From Candidatus Methylomirabilota bacterium (GTDB lineage: Bacteria > Methylomirabilota > Methylomirabilia > Methylomirabilales > 2-02-FULL-66-22): 36,616 bases of DNA. A program made the translations under genes and the position numbers. Under the pieces are notes generated by a model, which had not been told where the DNA came from, made no database searches, and was given only the letters and a program-made list of their open reading frames with translations. Shown piece after piece: positions 1 to 9,300 of the stretch; position 1 is the first letter of the stretch, and the number at the start of each line of letters is the position of its first letter. The stretch is from positions 1-36,616 of the forward strand of contig JACQXP010000195.1 of NCBI GenBank assembly GCA_016208645.1, given 5' to 3'.

Positions 1-128
1 GGCTTGACCCGGTCCGCCTTCAGCGCAGTGGTGGATTTCGCCCAATCGAAATCCAGCGGATTCAACGGCTCGTCGAACGAAATCGCGAACGGTTGTTGAG
101 GAGCTGGAATGAATACTTCAACGATTGA
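1..128 (+). CDS. DUF4160-family protein, 3' end only (putative toxin partner of DUF2442)
   Basis: Frame 3 reads LDPVRLQRSGGFRPIEIQRIQRLVERNRERLLRSWNEYFND*, a typical DUF4160 C-terminus. It overlaps the start of the DUF2442 gene. Confidence 0.75.
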   Translation, partial: LDPVRLQRSGGFRPIEIQRIQRLVERNRERLLRSWNEYFND

Positions 129-480
129 CCCGCAAGAAGCACGGGCTCTTCACGTCCGAGTGACGGACGACGACCTTGCGGTCGACCTCTTGGACGGTCG
201 AACCGTAGTCGTCCCATTGGCTTGGTATCCGCGACTTCTGCATGGTACTCGGCAGGAGCGGAATCGTTGGCGGTTGATCGGTCGCGGAGTGGGTATTCAC
301 TGGCCCGATCTGGACGAGGACCTCAGCGTTGAGGGGCTGCTAGCCGGACGACCCTCCGGTGAGAGCCAGCGTTCTTTGAAGCGCTGGCTGGAAGCGCGTG
401 AGTCGGCACGGCCTAAGCGCATCCAGCCGGCGCGGGAGAAGCGGCGTCCTCAAACAGGTCGGCGTGCCGCGCGCGGCTGC
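109..480 (+). CDS. DUF2442-family protein (putative antitoxin); native stop apparently lost, reads through into the next gene
   Basis: Motifs DGRTVVVPLAWYPRL and GVGIHWPDLDEDLSVEGLLAG. The ORF continues in frame to 1791. The expected stop at 478-480 is TGC. Confidence 0.8.
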
Positions 481-497
481 TTCGCAACGCGTTACAC
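411..497 (+). mobile_element. Degenerate attC-like site 1
   Basis: GCCTAAG..GCGCATCCAGCCG ... CGGCTGCTTCGC..GTTACAC: an imperfect inverted repeat with R''/L''/L'/R' layout directly after a gene. Confidence 0.6.
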
Positions 498-531
498 GGC
501 AGGAAGTGTCAAACGGGACGTAGGATACTTT

Positions 532-1791
532 ATGTACTTTTTGTCAAAACTCGGCAAATCGGAGCGGACACGATTCACGCTGATCCTGCTGGTGGCCGCT
601 CTGGGTGCGCAGGCGCCCGCGGCTGCCGGGGTGGCCGACCCGGTGGTGGTCCGAGGGCCGCAGCGGCTACTGGTGGTTGCGGTCCGCTTCCCCGGCACAG
701 ACCCCTCGCTCGCCTTGCCTCGGATTGCGGAAAAGGTGGGCAAGGTGGGCGAATACATCCGGACCGTCTCCTACGGGAAGGCGTGGTTGGAAGCGAAGGT
801 GACTGGCTGGTACGGGATGCCCGGCCCGCTCAGCGAGTATAGGGTCAGCCCGCTCAATTACAAGGTGGATAAAGGGCGGGTGCGCCGCCTTGTGGCCGAT
901 GCCCTGGCTGCCTCGCGACGGGACGCGGACCTGGGGACCTACCGCGTCATCTGGATCGTGGTCGGGGCCTTCACCAGGCCCGGGGAAGGCTACGGGATGA
1001 TCGCCTATTGCGCGAATCCCGGGATGCTTTCGGGAGTGCTGGGTGCCAAGCCCAGGCTAGAAGCGGTGGACCTTCCCGGGGGTGGCTCGTTCTCTGGGCC
1101 GGTCATCGTGAGCGCTGAAAACGCCCATGTCGGTCACGCGGCCCACGACCTGCTGCATGCGCTCGGCGGCGTACAGGACGGCAAACGGGTCGTGCCCGAC
1201 CTTTATGACTTCGACCGGCAAAGCAATCCGCCAGAGGGGCGCCTGTCGCCCGAGCTCTTTGCCATCCATGCTGGCCCCTGGGACATCATGAGCCAGCACT
1301 TCATCGTGGTCACCAAGCCACCCCCGCCCCCATCCTCGTTCACCCGGCTCCAGCTCGGCTGGATCGAGCCTGCTCAGGTGGTCACCGTCCGCCCTGGCGA
1401 GACCCGGGAAGTGAGGCTCCAGCCCCTGGCCCTGGGCCGGGGGCTTCTGGCCGTTCGCGTCCCGATCGATGCGCACCGGTCCCTGCTGATCGAGAATCGC
1501 CAGCCGGTGGGGGACGACGCGGTGTTGCCCGCCGCGGGCGTTCTCGTCTTGGAGGTCGACACGGCACGCGAGGAAGGGGCCGGGATCGTTCGTGCAGCCG
1601 ATGCCAACCCCGGTGTGCCCCGCCTGCAGGCGGCGCCGTTCGTCCCAGCGGCGGGCCAGGTCCGGTATTACCGGAACGCGGACGTGGGGGTGGCGGTTGC
1701 GCCGCTCGCGGTCGAGCCCGATAGGACTCTGCGGCTCGTCGTCACCACGCCGAAGCGGATTACGGATTTCGTGCCGGACGACCGCCGCTGA
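532..1791 (+). CDS. Secreted M6 (immune inhibitor A-like) metalloprotease-domain protein
   Basis: Signal-like FTLILLVAALGAQAPAAA, followed by VSYGK, HDLLH..PDLYD, GPWDIMS (Met-turn), QLGWI and LIENRQ motifs. Confidence 0.7.
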   Translation: MYFLSKLGKSERTRFTLILLVAALGAQAPAAAGVADPVVVRGPQRLLVVAVRFPGTDPSLALPRIAEKVGKVGEYIRTVSYGKAWLEAKVTGWYGMPGPLSEYRVSPLNYKVDKGRVRRLVADALAASRRDADLGTYRVIWIVVGAFTRPGEGYGMIAYCANPGMLSGVLGAKPRLEAVDLPGGGSFSGPVIVSAENAHVGHAAHDLLHALGGVQDGKRVVPDLYDFDRQSNPPEGRLSPELFAIHAGPWDIMSQHFIVVTKPPPPPSSFTRLQLGWIEPAQVVTVRPGETREVRLQPLALGRGLLAVRVPIDAHRSLLIENRQPVGDDAVLPAAGVLVLEVDTAREEGAGIVRAADANPGVPRLQAAPFVPAAGQVRYYRNADVGVAVAPLAVEPDRTLRLVVTTPKRITDFVPDDRR

Positions 1792-2025
1792 ACCCTCCGG
1801 CGCTACGTTCGTTCAAAAGCAACTTTCCAAGAAGGGGCACCTTGAACGAAACCTACGAGGATCCCCCCGTGCCCGGACAAGCCTGCTTGTGAGCAGGGAA
1901 TGGGCCATCCCCATCCCGCTGTTTCCCTCCTCCGCCCGGACAGCCTCCCCCGCCCCCCTGAGGCGCCCCCCTGACCTCCGGTCGCAAATCCCTTCCCCCG
2001 GCCCCTCGGTTCGGATACAATCCCT

Positions 2026-2563
2026 GAGGCGGGATTCTTCCTGAATCGGCTTCGTGAGTCTGAAGGCCGACACCCCGAGTTCGGTTACTACTTGTCCGCA
2101 TTCCTGTCTGCTGTACGGAGCGTTGGTTTGGTCTTGCAGGCGGATCTCCGCGGGCGCTTCGGCGAACAATTTGACAATTGGTGGGAGTCAGCCAAAGCCT
2201 CGCTCCCGACGCCGCGGGTTCCGTTTTCAGTGATCGCCGAACTGAGAAACCACGCGCTCAAACGAGGAGAACTGTTACCGCGCGTGACTGTTGTCGCGCG
2301 GGTTAGGCATCCCGCGATCGAAGAAGTCGCCTTCAGCCGAGGTTCTACAGGAGTTGCATCGCCTGATCCCTGCCTTCCAAGAGATCTTCCGCTCGCTGAA
2401 TGAGGATAAGCCGCCATTAGAGGTCTCATCGATCGAATATCTGCTCGACAAAGACGGACCCGCAGTATCCTTCACCGAACTGATCGCGGGTTTTTCGGAA
2501 CACGTTGCCGCGACTGTACGTCTCGTTCAAGAAGCTGATGGCATGTTCCAGCCGCGGAAGTAA
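2026..2563 (+). pseudogene. Decayed cassette gene, 5'-truncated and frameshifted near 2335
   Basis: EAGFFLNRLRE..FGYYLSAFLSAVRSV..LRNHALK has no start codon (in-frame TGA at 1972). A protein-like C-terminus continues in another frame to TAA 2563, followed by an attC-like site. Confidence 0.55.
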
Positions 2564-2585
2564 TATCGTTGCAGACGCGTGGGTT

Positions 2586-2681
2586 GCCTAACTTGCGGCT
2601 GCGCCCGGGGGCGGCCGCCCCAGGCCCCGCTGATTCGAAACAGCTATGAGTGGCCGCCGCGGGCGAGCCACATGGTCGACG
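2586..2681 (+). mobile_element. Degenerate attC-like site 2
   Basis: GCCTAAC TTGCGGCTGCGCCCG..GCGGCC ... GGCCGCCGCGGGCGAGCCAC. The R' GTTRRRY box is damaged. Confidence 0.55.
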
Positions 2682-2695
2682 GACGTAGAGTGACG

Positions 2696-3049
2696 ATGGC
2701 GACACCAAGAGAGGTCAACAGAAAAGTCGACGCTATGTGGAACGATCCGGTGGAGCGGGTGCGTGTCCTGGCTGAGTTACAGAAGTATGGCCAAGTGACG
2801 TACGAGCGAGAGGCGGAACGAGTCCACCTTGCGATTCTCAAGCTGTGCGACGCTCGGGCCGATCGTGTGATCGAACTTGTTGCCGCAGAGAAACGCGACT
2901 ATCGCGACGTCCTGATGTGGGCAGAATACCCGGGCGAAGGTCAAGCCCTTTGGGCACTCCGCTCAGATCTATCGAACGAAGAGCGCCTCCAGCTTGAGGA
3001 GCTTCGGCGGCAAGACCGGCAGCAATATCAGGATTGGCTGAAGAAATGA
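2696..3049 (+). CDS. Hypothetical protein, 117 aa (cassette gene)
   Basis: Protein-like ORF (ERVHLAILKL..DYRDVLMWAEY..DRQQYQDWL) that fills the space between attC-like sites 2 and 3. Confidence 0.7.
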   Translation: MATPREVNRKVDAMWNDPVERVRVLAELQKYGQVTYEREAERVHLAILKLCDARADRVIELVAAEKRDYRDVLMWAEYPGEGQALWALRSDLSNEERLQLEELRRQDRQQYQDWLKK

Positions 3050-3056
3050 AGGCGCC

Positions 3057-3158
3057 GTCGAACATCCGCGTGAACCTGACGGCCCGTCCCGTCACGGCCC
3101 TTGCAAGGAGCGCAAGGTCCGCGCCGGTCCGCCCCGCAGGTTAGGCGGGGCGTTCTAC
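3057..3158 (+). mobile_element. attC-like site 3 (best preserved)
   Basis: GTCGAAC..CGCGTGAACCTG ... CCTTGC AAGGAGC GCAAGG ... CAGGTTAGGCG..GTTCTAC. The flanks CGCCGT/ACGGCG also pair. Confidence 0.7.
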
Positions 3159-3276
3159 GGCGTCGTGGCGGGCTATGCCGAGCCACTCGCGCCGTTCCGG
3201 GGCGGTCCAGGCACGGCACTGGGGAGCGCTCCTGGCGAAGATTGCGAAGGCGACATAGACTGGCGCGTCCCCTGAT

Positions 3277-3642
3277 ATGGCTCATCCAGGAACGGCCGCG
3301 GACGAGTTCGCCGTCAGGTATTATCGCTGGTCGCTGGAGGACTGCCGGCGCGAGATCCGCGAGGACTTTCCGCTGCTCCGGACGGTCAAAAGCAGCCTGG
3401 CGATCCGGGCGCTGGCATACCTGGAGTCGTTTCCCGGCGATGATCGACTCCGCGTGGCGACGGGGCTCGTCAGGCGGTGCCACCGCAAGGCGCTCGAGAT
3501 CACGGGAGAATCCTGGACCGTCCACGACGAGGCAATCCATCTCGCCGTCCACCGGGTCTTGCAGCCGGCCTTTCTCTCGCGGGCGGAGACGCCCGAAAAC
3601 AAGCGGGCCCTGCTCGGCTATTTCTACCGCGAACACCCGTGA
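3277..3642 (+). CDS. Hypothetical protein, possibly a remnant
   Basis: 121-aa ORF with protein-like composition and GC3 bias; no recognised motif. Confidence 0.45.
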   Translation: MAHPGTAADEFAVRYYRWSLEDCRREIREDFPLLRTVKSSLAIRALAYLESFPGDDRLRVATGLVRRCHRKALEITGESWTVHDEAIHLAVHRVLQPAFLSRAETPENKRALLGYFYREHP

Positions 3643-3665
3643 TGGGGGTTACTGGGAGGCGTGAC

Positions 3666-3974
3666 GTGCATTACCTGCTGTTCTACGACGTCGTGGCGGA
3701 CTATGCCGAGCGGCGCGCGGCGTTCCGGGCGGCGCACCTCGCGCACGCGCGGCGCGCCGTCGAGCGCGGGGAACTGCTCCTGGGCGGCGCGCTGGCCAAC
3801 CCCGTGGATGGCGCGGTGCTCCTCTTCCGCGCATCCTCCCCGGCCGTGGCCGAAGCCTTCGCGGCGGCCGATCCCTACGTGACGAACGGCCTCGTCACCC
3901 GATGGCGCGTGCGCCAGTGGACGACGGTGGTCGGCGAGGGAGCCGCCCTGCCCCTCGTCGGCCCTGGGGCGTGA
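3666..3974 (+). CDS. YciI-like protein
   Basis: GTG start after GGGAGG. Motifs R..HL..A, GGAL..P.DGA and DPYV.NGLV..W.VR.W. Confidence 0.85.
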   Translation: MHYLLFYDVVADYAERRAAFRAAHLAHARRAVERGELLLGGALANPVDGAVLLFRASSPAVAEAFAAADPYVTNGLVTRWRVRQWTTVVGEGAALPLVGPGA

Positions 3975-4007
3975 GCTGAAAGGTGTCCGATACCTTTTGG
4001 CCAGTCG

Positions 4008-4313
4008 TCAAGCGACCTTGAGACGGCGGGACGGCTTGAGGACGACACGCACGCGAACACCCAGCCGGGCGAGCATGTCAATGAGCGCGTCGCTGCTGAA
4101 CAGGTCGATCCTCCCTCGGAGGAGGTCGCTCACGCGAGGCTGGGTGACGCGCAGAATCTTCGCCGCTTCAGCCTGCGTAAGATCCCGGGACGCGATCAGC
4201 TTCTGGAGCTGGATCATCAGGTCAGACCGGATCAGGAGATGCGCGGCCTCCTCAGGGCGGAAGCCCAGATCGCGAAAGACATTTCCGCTCGATCGAGCCA
4301 TCTTGAGCTTCAT
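4008..4313 (-). CDS. HigA-like XRE/HTH antitoxin
   Basis: SSGNVFRDLG, LTQAEAAKILRVTQPRVSDLLRG; lies downstream of the toxin. Confidence 0.85.
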   Translation of the reverse strand: MKLKMARSSGNVFRDLGFRPEEAAHLLIRSDLMIQLQKLIASRDLTQAEAAKILRVTQPRVSDLLRGRIDLFSSDALIDMLARLGVRVRVVLKPSRRLKVA

Positions 4314-4320
4314 CTTGGAC

Positions 4321-4671
4321 CTACCCTCTCGTAACATCTTCTCTCCGTCGCCTCATGAGCAGGGCACGAAACCGGTCTCGAGCGAGTTCCAAATCACGCG
4401 TCGACGTCTTCCTGGTGCGCTTCTCGAAGGCGTGAAGTACGTAGACGCCCTCCGCGAACTTCGCCAGGTAGAATATCCGGTGTGCAAGCCCGGTGTGGAT
4501 ACGGATCTCCTGAACCCCGGGGCCAACGCTGGGAATCGGCTTCCAGTCGTTCGGCTCAAGCCCCTGTTGCAAACGACGGAGCTGAAAGCCCGCCACCCGG
4601 CGAGCATCGGGCGGAAAGGCCCTCAGGTCGCTTCGCGCTGACCCCAGCCAGAAGATAGGCTTGTCCGACAC
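4321..4671 (-). CDS. RelE/ParE (Gp49-like, HigB-type) toxin
   Basis: DLRAFP..R..AG.QL..LQ.G..P.DWK, GVQEIRI and YVLHAFEK.T.KT motifs. Confidence 0.85.
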   Translation of the reverse strand: MSDKPIFWLGSARSDLRAFPPDARRVAGFQLRRLQQGLEPNDWKPIPSVGPGVQEIRIHTGLAHRIFYLAKFAEGVYVLHAFEKRTRKTSTRDLELARDRFRALLMRRRREDVTRG

Positions 4672-4676
4672 GGCAC

Positions 4677-4705
4677 AATATATAAGTTTTCATATAGGCG
4701 GTCAA
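4677..4705 (-). promoter_or_regulatory. Sigma70 promoter of the TA operon, probably leaderless
   Basis: TTGACC-N17-TATATT, with 5 nt to the GTG start. Confidence 0.6.
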
Positions 4706-4724
4706 GCCCAAACGGGACCACGCC

Positions 4725-4817
4725 GCCTCACGCTGGCCTTCGGTCAGCGACTGCGGCTGGCTCGGGGTGATTCGTAAGGTTTCGTTCGCCCACCGCGGCT
4801 GAAGGCGGGTCGCAGGC
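4725..4817 (+). mobile_element. Degenerate attC-like site 4
   Basis: GCCTCAC..GCCTTC..CAGCG..GCGG ... CCGCGGCTGAAGGCGGGTCGCAGGC. Both R boxes are mutated relative to GCCTAAC/GTTAGGC. Confidence 0.5.
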
Positions 4818-4874
4818 TTCTCGATGTTTTCTGGAGGGAATGAGCGACGTGAGACTGCGAAGGAGAAGGCGTCG

Positions 4875-6311
4875 TCACGGCAGGCTGGTCGATCCCATCA
4901 GGTACCTGTCGATACCCCGGGCGGCCTGGCGGCCCTCGGCGATGGCCCACACGATCAGGGACTGCCCGCGCTGCATGTCGCCCGCGGTGAAGACCCCCGG
5001 CACGCTGGTCATCCAGTTCTCGTCCCGCCAGACGTTGCCCCGCTCGGTGAGTTTGACGCCGAGCTGGTCGAGCATCCCGTTCCGCTCCGGACCCAGGAAG
5101 CCCATGGCCAGCAGGACCAGGTCCACCTCCATCTCGAATGCGCTGCCCGGGATCTCCCGCATCGTGGGCCGGCCGTTGCCGTCCGAGACGAATTCGACCC
5201 GCACGGCGCGCAGCCGCTCCACCCGGCCGTCCCGCCCCGAGAACCGCGTGGTGGAGATGCAGTAGTCCCGGATCCCTCCCTCCTGGTGTGCCGAAGAGGT
5301 CCGGAAGATGTTCGGCCAGAGGGGCCAGGGGTTGTCCGGCGCCCGCTCCTTGGGCGGCATGGGCAAAAGCTCGAACTGGTGCACCGACGCGGCCCCCTGC
5401 CGGTGGACCGTCCCCAGGCAGTCGGCGCCCGTGTCGCCCCCGCCGATGATCACCACCCGCTTTCCCTTGGCAGTGATGAACTCCCCTTCCGGAGTCTGAT
5501 CCCCCTCGCAGCGCCGGTTCTGGAGCGGCAGATACTCCATGGCGAAGTGGATCCCCCGGAGCTCTCGTCCGGGGACCTTGAGATCGCGGGGAAGGGTGGA
5601 TCCGCCCGCCAACAGGATGGCGTCGAACTCGCTCCGGAGGGTCTCCACGGGAATGTTCACCCCGACGTTCGCGTTGACCCGGAAGGTGATCCCCTCCTTG
5701 CGCAGAAGCTCCAGGCGCCGGTCCAGGACCCGCTTCTCCATCTTGAATTCGGGGATCCCGTACCGCAGCAGGCCGCCGATCCGGTCGGCCCGCTCGAAGA
5801 CCGTGACCCGATGGCCCGCGCGGTTGACCTGTTGCGCGGCCGCCAGCCCGGCCGGGCCGGAGCCGACGATGGCCACCTTCTTCCCGGTCCGCGTGAGCGG
5901 CGGCTCGGGCGTGATCCACCCGGCCTCGAAGGCGTGATCGATGATCGCCAGCTCGATGGCCTTGATCGTGACCGGGTCGTCGTTGATTCCCAGCACGCAG
6001 GACCCCTCGCACGGGGCGGGGCACAGCGTCCCGGTGAACTCCGGGAAGTTGTTCGTCGCGTGCAGGCGGTCAATGGCCTCCCGCCAGCGTTTCCGGTACA
6101 CCAGGTCGTTCCAGTCCGGGATGATATTCCCCAGGGGACACCCCTGGTGACAGAAGGGAACGGCGCAGTCCATGCAGCGCGCGCCCTGCTTCTGGAGCGT
6201 CTCCACCGGCCAGGGCAGCATGACCTGCTTCCAGTCCCGGATCCGCTCCTCCACCGGCCGGTAGGGCTGCTTGGCGCGCGTGAACTCGAGGAAGCCGGTG
6301 GGCTTACCCAT
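4875..6311 (-). CDS. gltD: Glutamate synthase small subunit
   Basis: MGKPTGF, RCMDC..PFC, GSGPAGL, GGGDTG.DC and GD..RGQSL.VWAI.EGR. Confidence 0.97.
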   Translation of the reverse strand: MGKPTGFLEFTRAKQPYRPVEERIRDWKQVMLPWPVETLQKQGARCMDCAVPFCHQGCPLGNIIPDWNDLVYRKRWREAIDRLHATNNFPEFTGTLCPAPCEGSCVLGINDDPVTIKAIELAIIDHAFEAGWITPEPPLTRTGKKVAIVGSGPAGLAAAQQVNRAGHRVTVFERADRIGGLLRYGIPEFKMEKRVLDRRLELLRKEGITFRVNANVGVNIPVETLRSEFDAILLAGGSTLPRDLKVPGRELRGIHFAMEYLPLQNRRCEGDQTPEGEFITAKGKRVVIIGGGDTGADCLGTVHRQGAASVHQFELLPMPPKERAPDNPWPLWPNIFRTSSAHQEGGIRDYCISTTRFSGRDGRVERLRAVRVEFVSDGNGRPTMREIPGSAFEMEVDLVLLAMGFLGPERNGMLDQLGVKLTERGNVWRDENWMTSVPGVFTAGDMQRGQSLIVWAIAEGRQAARGIDRYLMGSTSLP

Positions 6312-9300
6312 GGGCCCCCTCCATGACCGCCCGCTCCCAGGGGATGCCCTCCACCTCCGCGCGTTTCATCGCAGCGAGCGCCCGCTTGTAATCCCGCGGC
6401 ATCACCTTCACGAACTTGGCGAGCATGCGGTCCCAGTTGGCCAGGACCTTCCGGGCCCGGGTGCTCTGGGTGTTCTCGGCATGCTTCCGGATGAGATCCT
6501 GGACCAACTCCCGGTCTTCCGTCGCCTCGAGGGGCTCGAGGTCCACCATCCCCTTGTTGCAGCGCCGCTCGAAGTCGCCCTCCTCGTCCAGGACGTAGGC
6601 GACTCCCCCGCTCATGCCCGCGGCGAAGTTGCGTCCCGTCCGGCCAAGGATCACCACCCGACCGCCGGTCATGTACTCGCAGCCGTGGTCCCCGACCCCC
6701 TCCACCACGGCGAGGGCGCCGCTGTTTCGCACCGCGAAGCGTTCCCCCGCCACGCCGCGGAAGTAGGCCTCGCCGGAGGTGGCGCCATACAGCACCACGT
6801 TCCCCACGAGGATGTTCTCCTCGGGGACGAAGGTCGCCTCGCGCGGCGGGTAGACGATGAGCTTGCCGCCTGAGAGCCCCTTCCCCAGGTAGTCGTTGGA
6901 ATCCCCCTCCAGGACCAGGGTGATGCCCCGGGGAATGAAGGCCCCGAAGCTCTGCCCCGCCGACCCGCTGAAGTGGATATGGATCGTGTCCTCCGGCAAC
7001 CCGCCCCCCCCGTACCGCGTCGTCACCTGGGAGCCCAGGATCGTGCCGACCGTCCGGTGGACGTTCCGGATGGGCAGGCGCAGGTGCACCGGTTCGCGTC
7101 GTTCCAGGGCGGCGCGGCAGAGCGGCACGAGGGTGGTCATGTCGAGGGATTTCTCGAGGCCGTGTTCCTGCTCCCGCACCTTGCGGATCGCCACTTCAGG
7201 GCCGACCTCGGGCCGGTGCAGGATCGAGGAGTAATCGAGCCCGCGGGCCTTCCAGTGATCCAGCGCCCGCTTGACATCGAGCCGATTCACCTGCCCGATC
7301 ATCTCGTCCATGGTTCGGAAGCCGAGCTTCGCCATGTACTCCCGGACCTCCTGGGCGATGAACCGGAAGAAATTCTCGACGAATTCCGGCTTGCCGGTGA
7401 ATCGCTTCCGCAGCTCGGGATCCTGGGTGGCGACGCCCACCGGGCAGGTGTTCAGGTGGCAGACCCGCATCATGACGCAGCCCATAACCACCAGGGGCGC
7501 CGTGGCGAACCCGTACTCCTCGGCACCCAGGAGGGCCCCGATGACCACGTCGCGGCCGGTCTTCATCTGGCCGTCCACCTGGACCGTGATCCGGTCGCGG
7601 AGCTTGTTGAGGACGAGCACCTGCTGGGTCTCGGCGAGACCCAGCTCCCACGGGACCCCGCCGTGCTTGATCGAGGTGAGGGGCGAGGCGCCGGTGCCGC
7701 CGTCGTGCCCGGAGATCAGGACGACGTCCGCGTGCGCCTTGGAGACGCCGGCGGCGACCGTGCCCACGCCGACCTCGGAGACCAGCTTGACGTGCACCAG
7801 ATGAGCTGTGCAAGATCCTCGATCGAGTAGATATCGTGATGCGGAGGCGGTGAGATCAGTCCCACGCCCGGGGTCGAGTACCGGACCTTGGCGATCCAGG
7901 GGTAGACCTTGTGACCCGGGAGTTGGCCACCTTCGCCCGGCTTGGATCCCTGGGCCATCTTGATCTGAAGGTCCGTGCAGTTGACCAGGTACTCGCTGGT
8001 GACCCCGAAGCGGCCCGACGCCACTTGCTTGACCGCACTGCGGCGCCAGTCGCCGTTGGGGTCCCGCTTGTAGCGAGCCGAATCCTCGCCCCCTTCCCCG
8101 GTGTTGGACCGGGCGCCCAGCCGGTTCATGGCGATGGCCAGCGTCTCGTGCGCCTCCTGGCTGATGGAGCCGTAGGACATGGCGCCGGTGGCGAAGCGCT
8201 TCACGATGGACTCGACCGGCTCGACCTCCTCCAGCGGAATCGGCTGCTCGGCGAGCTTGAACTCGATGAGCCCGCGGAGCGTGCACAGGTTCCTGCTCTG
8301 GTCGTCCACCAGGCGGGTGTACTCCTTGAAGATCCTGTACTGGCCGCTCCGGGTGGCGTGCTGGAGCTTGAAGACCGTGTCCGGATTGAACAGGTGGTAT
8401 TCCCCGTCGCGCCGCCACTGGTATTCGCCGCCCCACGGGAGGTCGGGCTTCGTCACCAGCCGGTCCGGGAAGGCCAACCGGTGGCGCCGGATCGCCTCCT
8501 CGGCGATCACGTCCAGGCCCACGCCGCCGATCCGTGACGCCGTCCAGGTGAAGTACTGCTGCACGAATTCCCGGCTAAGGCCGACGGCCTCGAAGATCTG
8601 GGCGCCGCAGTAGCTCTGTATCGTCGAGATCCCCATCTTGGAGATGACCTTGAGGATCCCCTTGTTCAGCGCCTTGATGTAGTTCTTGACTGCCTTCGTG
8701 TGATCCAGATCCGGCAAGATCCCCTGGCGGATCATGTCGTCCAGGGTCTCGAAGGCCAGGTAGGGGTTGACGGCGCCCGCCCCGTAGCCCAGGAGCAGCG
8801 CGCAGTGGTGGACCTCCCGCGCATCCCCGGACTCGATCACCAGGCCGACCTTGGTGCGGGTCCCTTTCCGGATCAGGTGGTGATGCACCCCGGCCGTGGC
8901 CAGCAGGCTCGGGATCGGCGCGTGCTCCAGGTCCACGCCCCGGTCGGACAGGATCAGGATGTTGTAGCCGCGCTGGATGGCCTGGCTGGCCCGGCGGCAC
9001 AGCTCGTCCAGCGCCCGCGCCAGGCCCGCCCCGCCCTCGGCCACCGGGAACAGCATCGACAGCGTGAGGGACCGGAACCCGTGGGCGGTGACGTGGCGCA
9101 GTTTGGCCACCTCGTGGTTGTCCAGGATGGGGAACCTGATCTTGATCTGGTGGCAGCTCTCCGGCTCCGGCTTCAACAGGTTTCGTTCCGGGCCGATGGT
9201 GCTTTCCATGGAGGTCACCAGTTCCTCCCGGATGGCGTCCAGCGGCGGATTGGTCACCTGGGCGAAGAGCTGCTTGAAATAATCGTACAGGAGGCGGGGG

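Noticed and set aside
1808-1849. Inverted repeat TTCGTTCAA/TTGAACGAA as a further attC
   Set aside because: It lacks the R/L box arrangement; probably a simple hairpin.
7780-7820. Programmed frameshift or natural split in gltB
   Set aside because: Conserved residues are physically absent, and no slippery site or reinitiation signal is visible.
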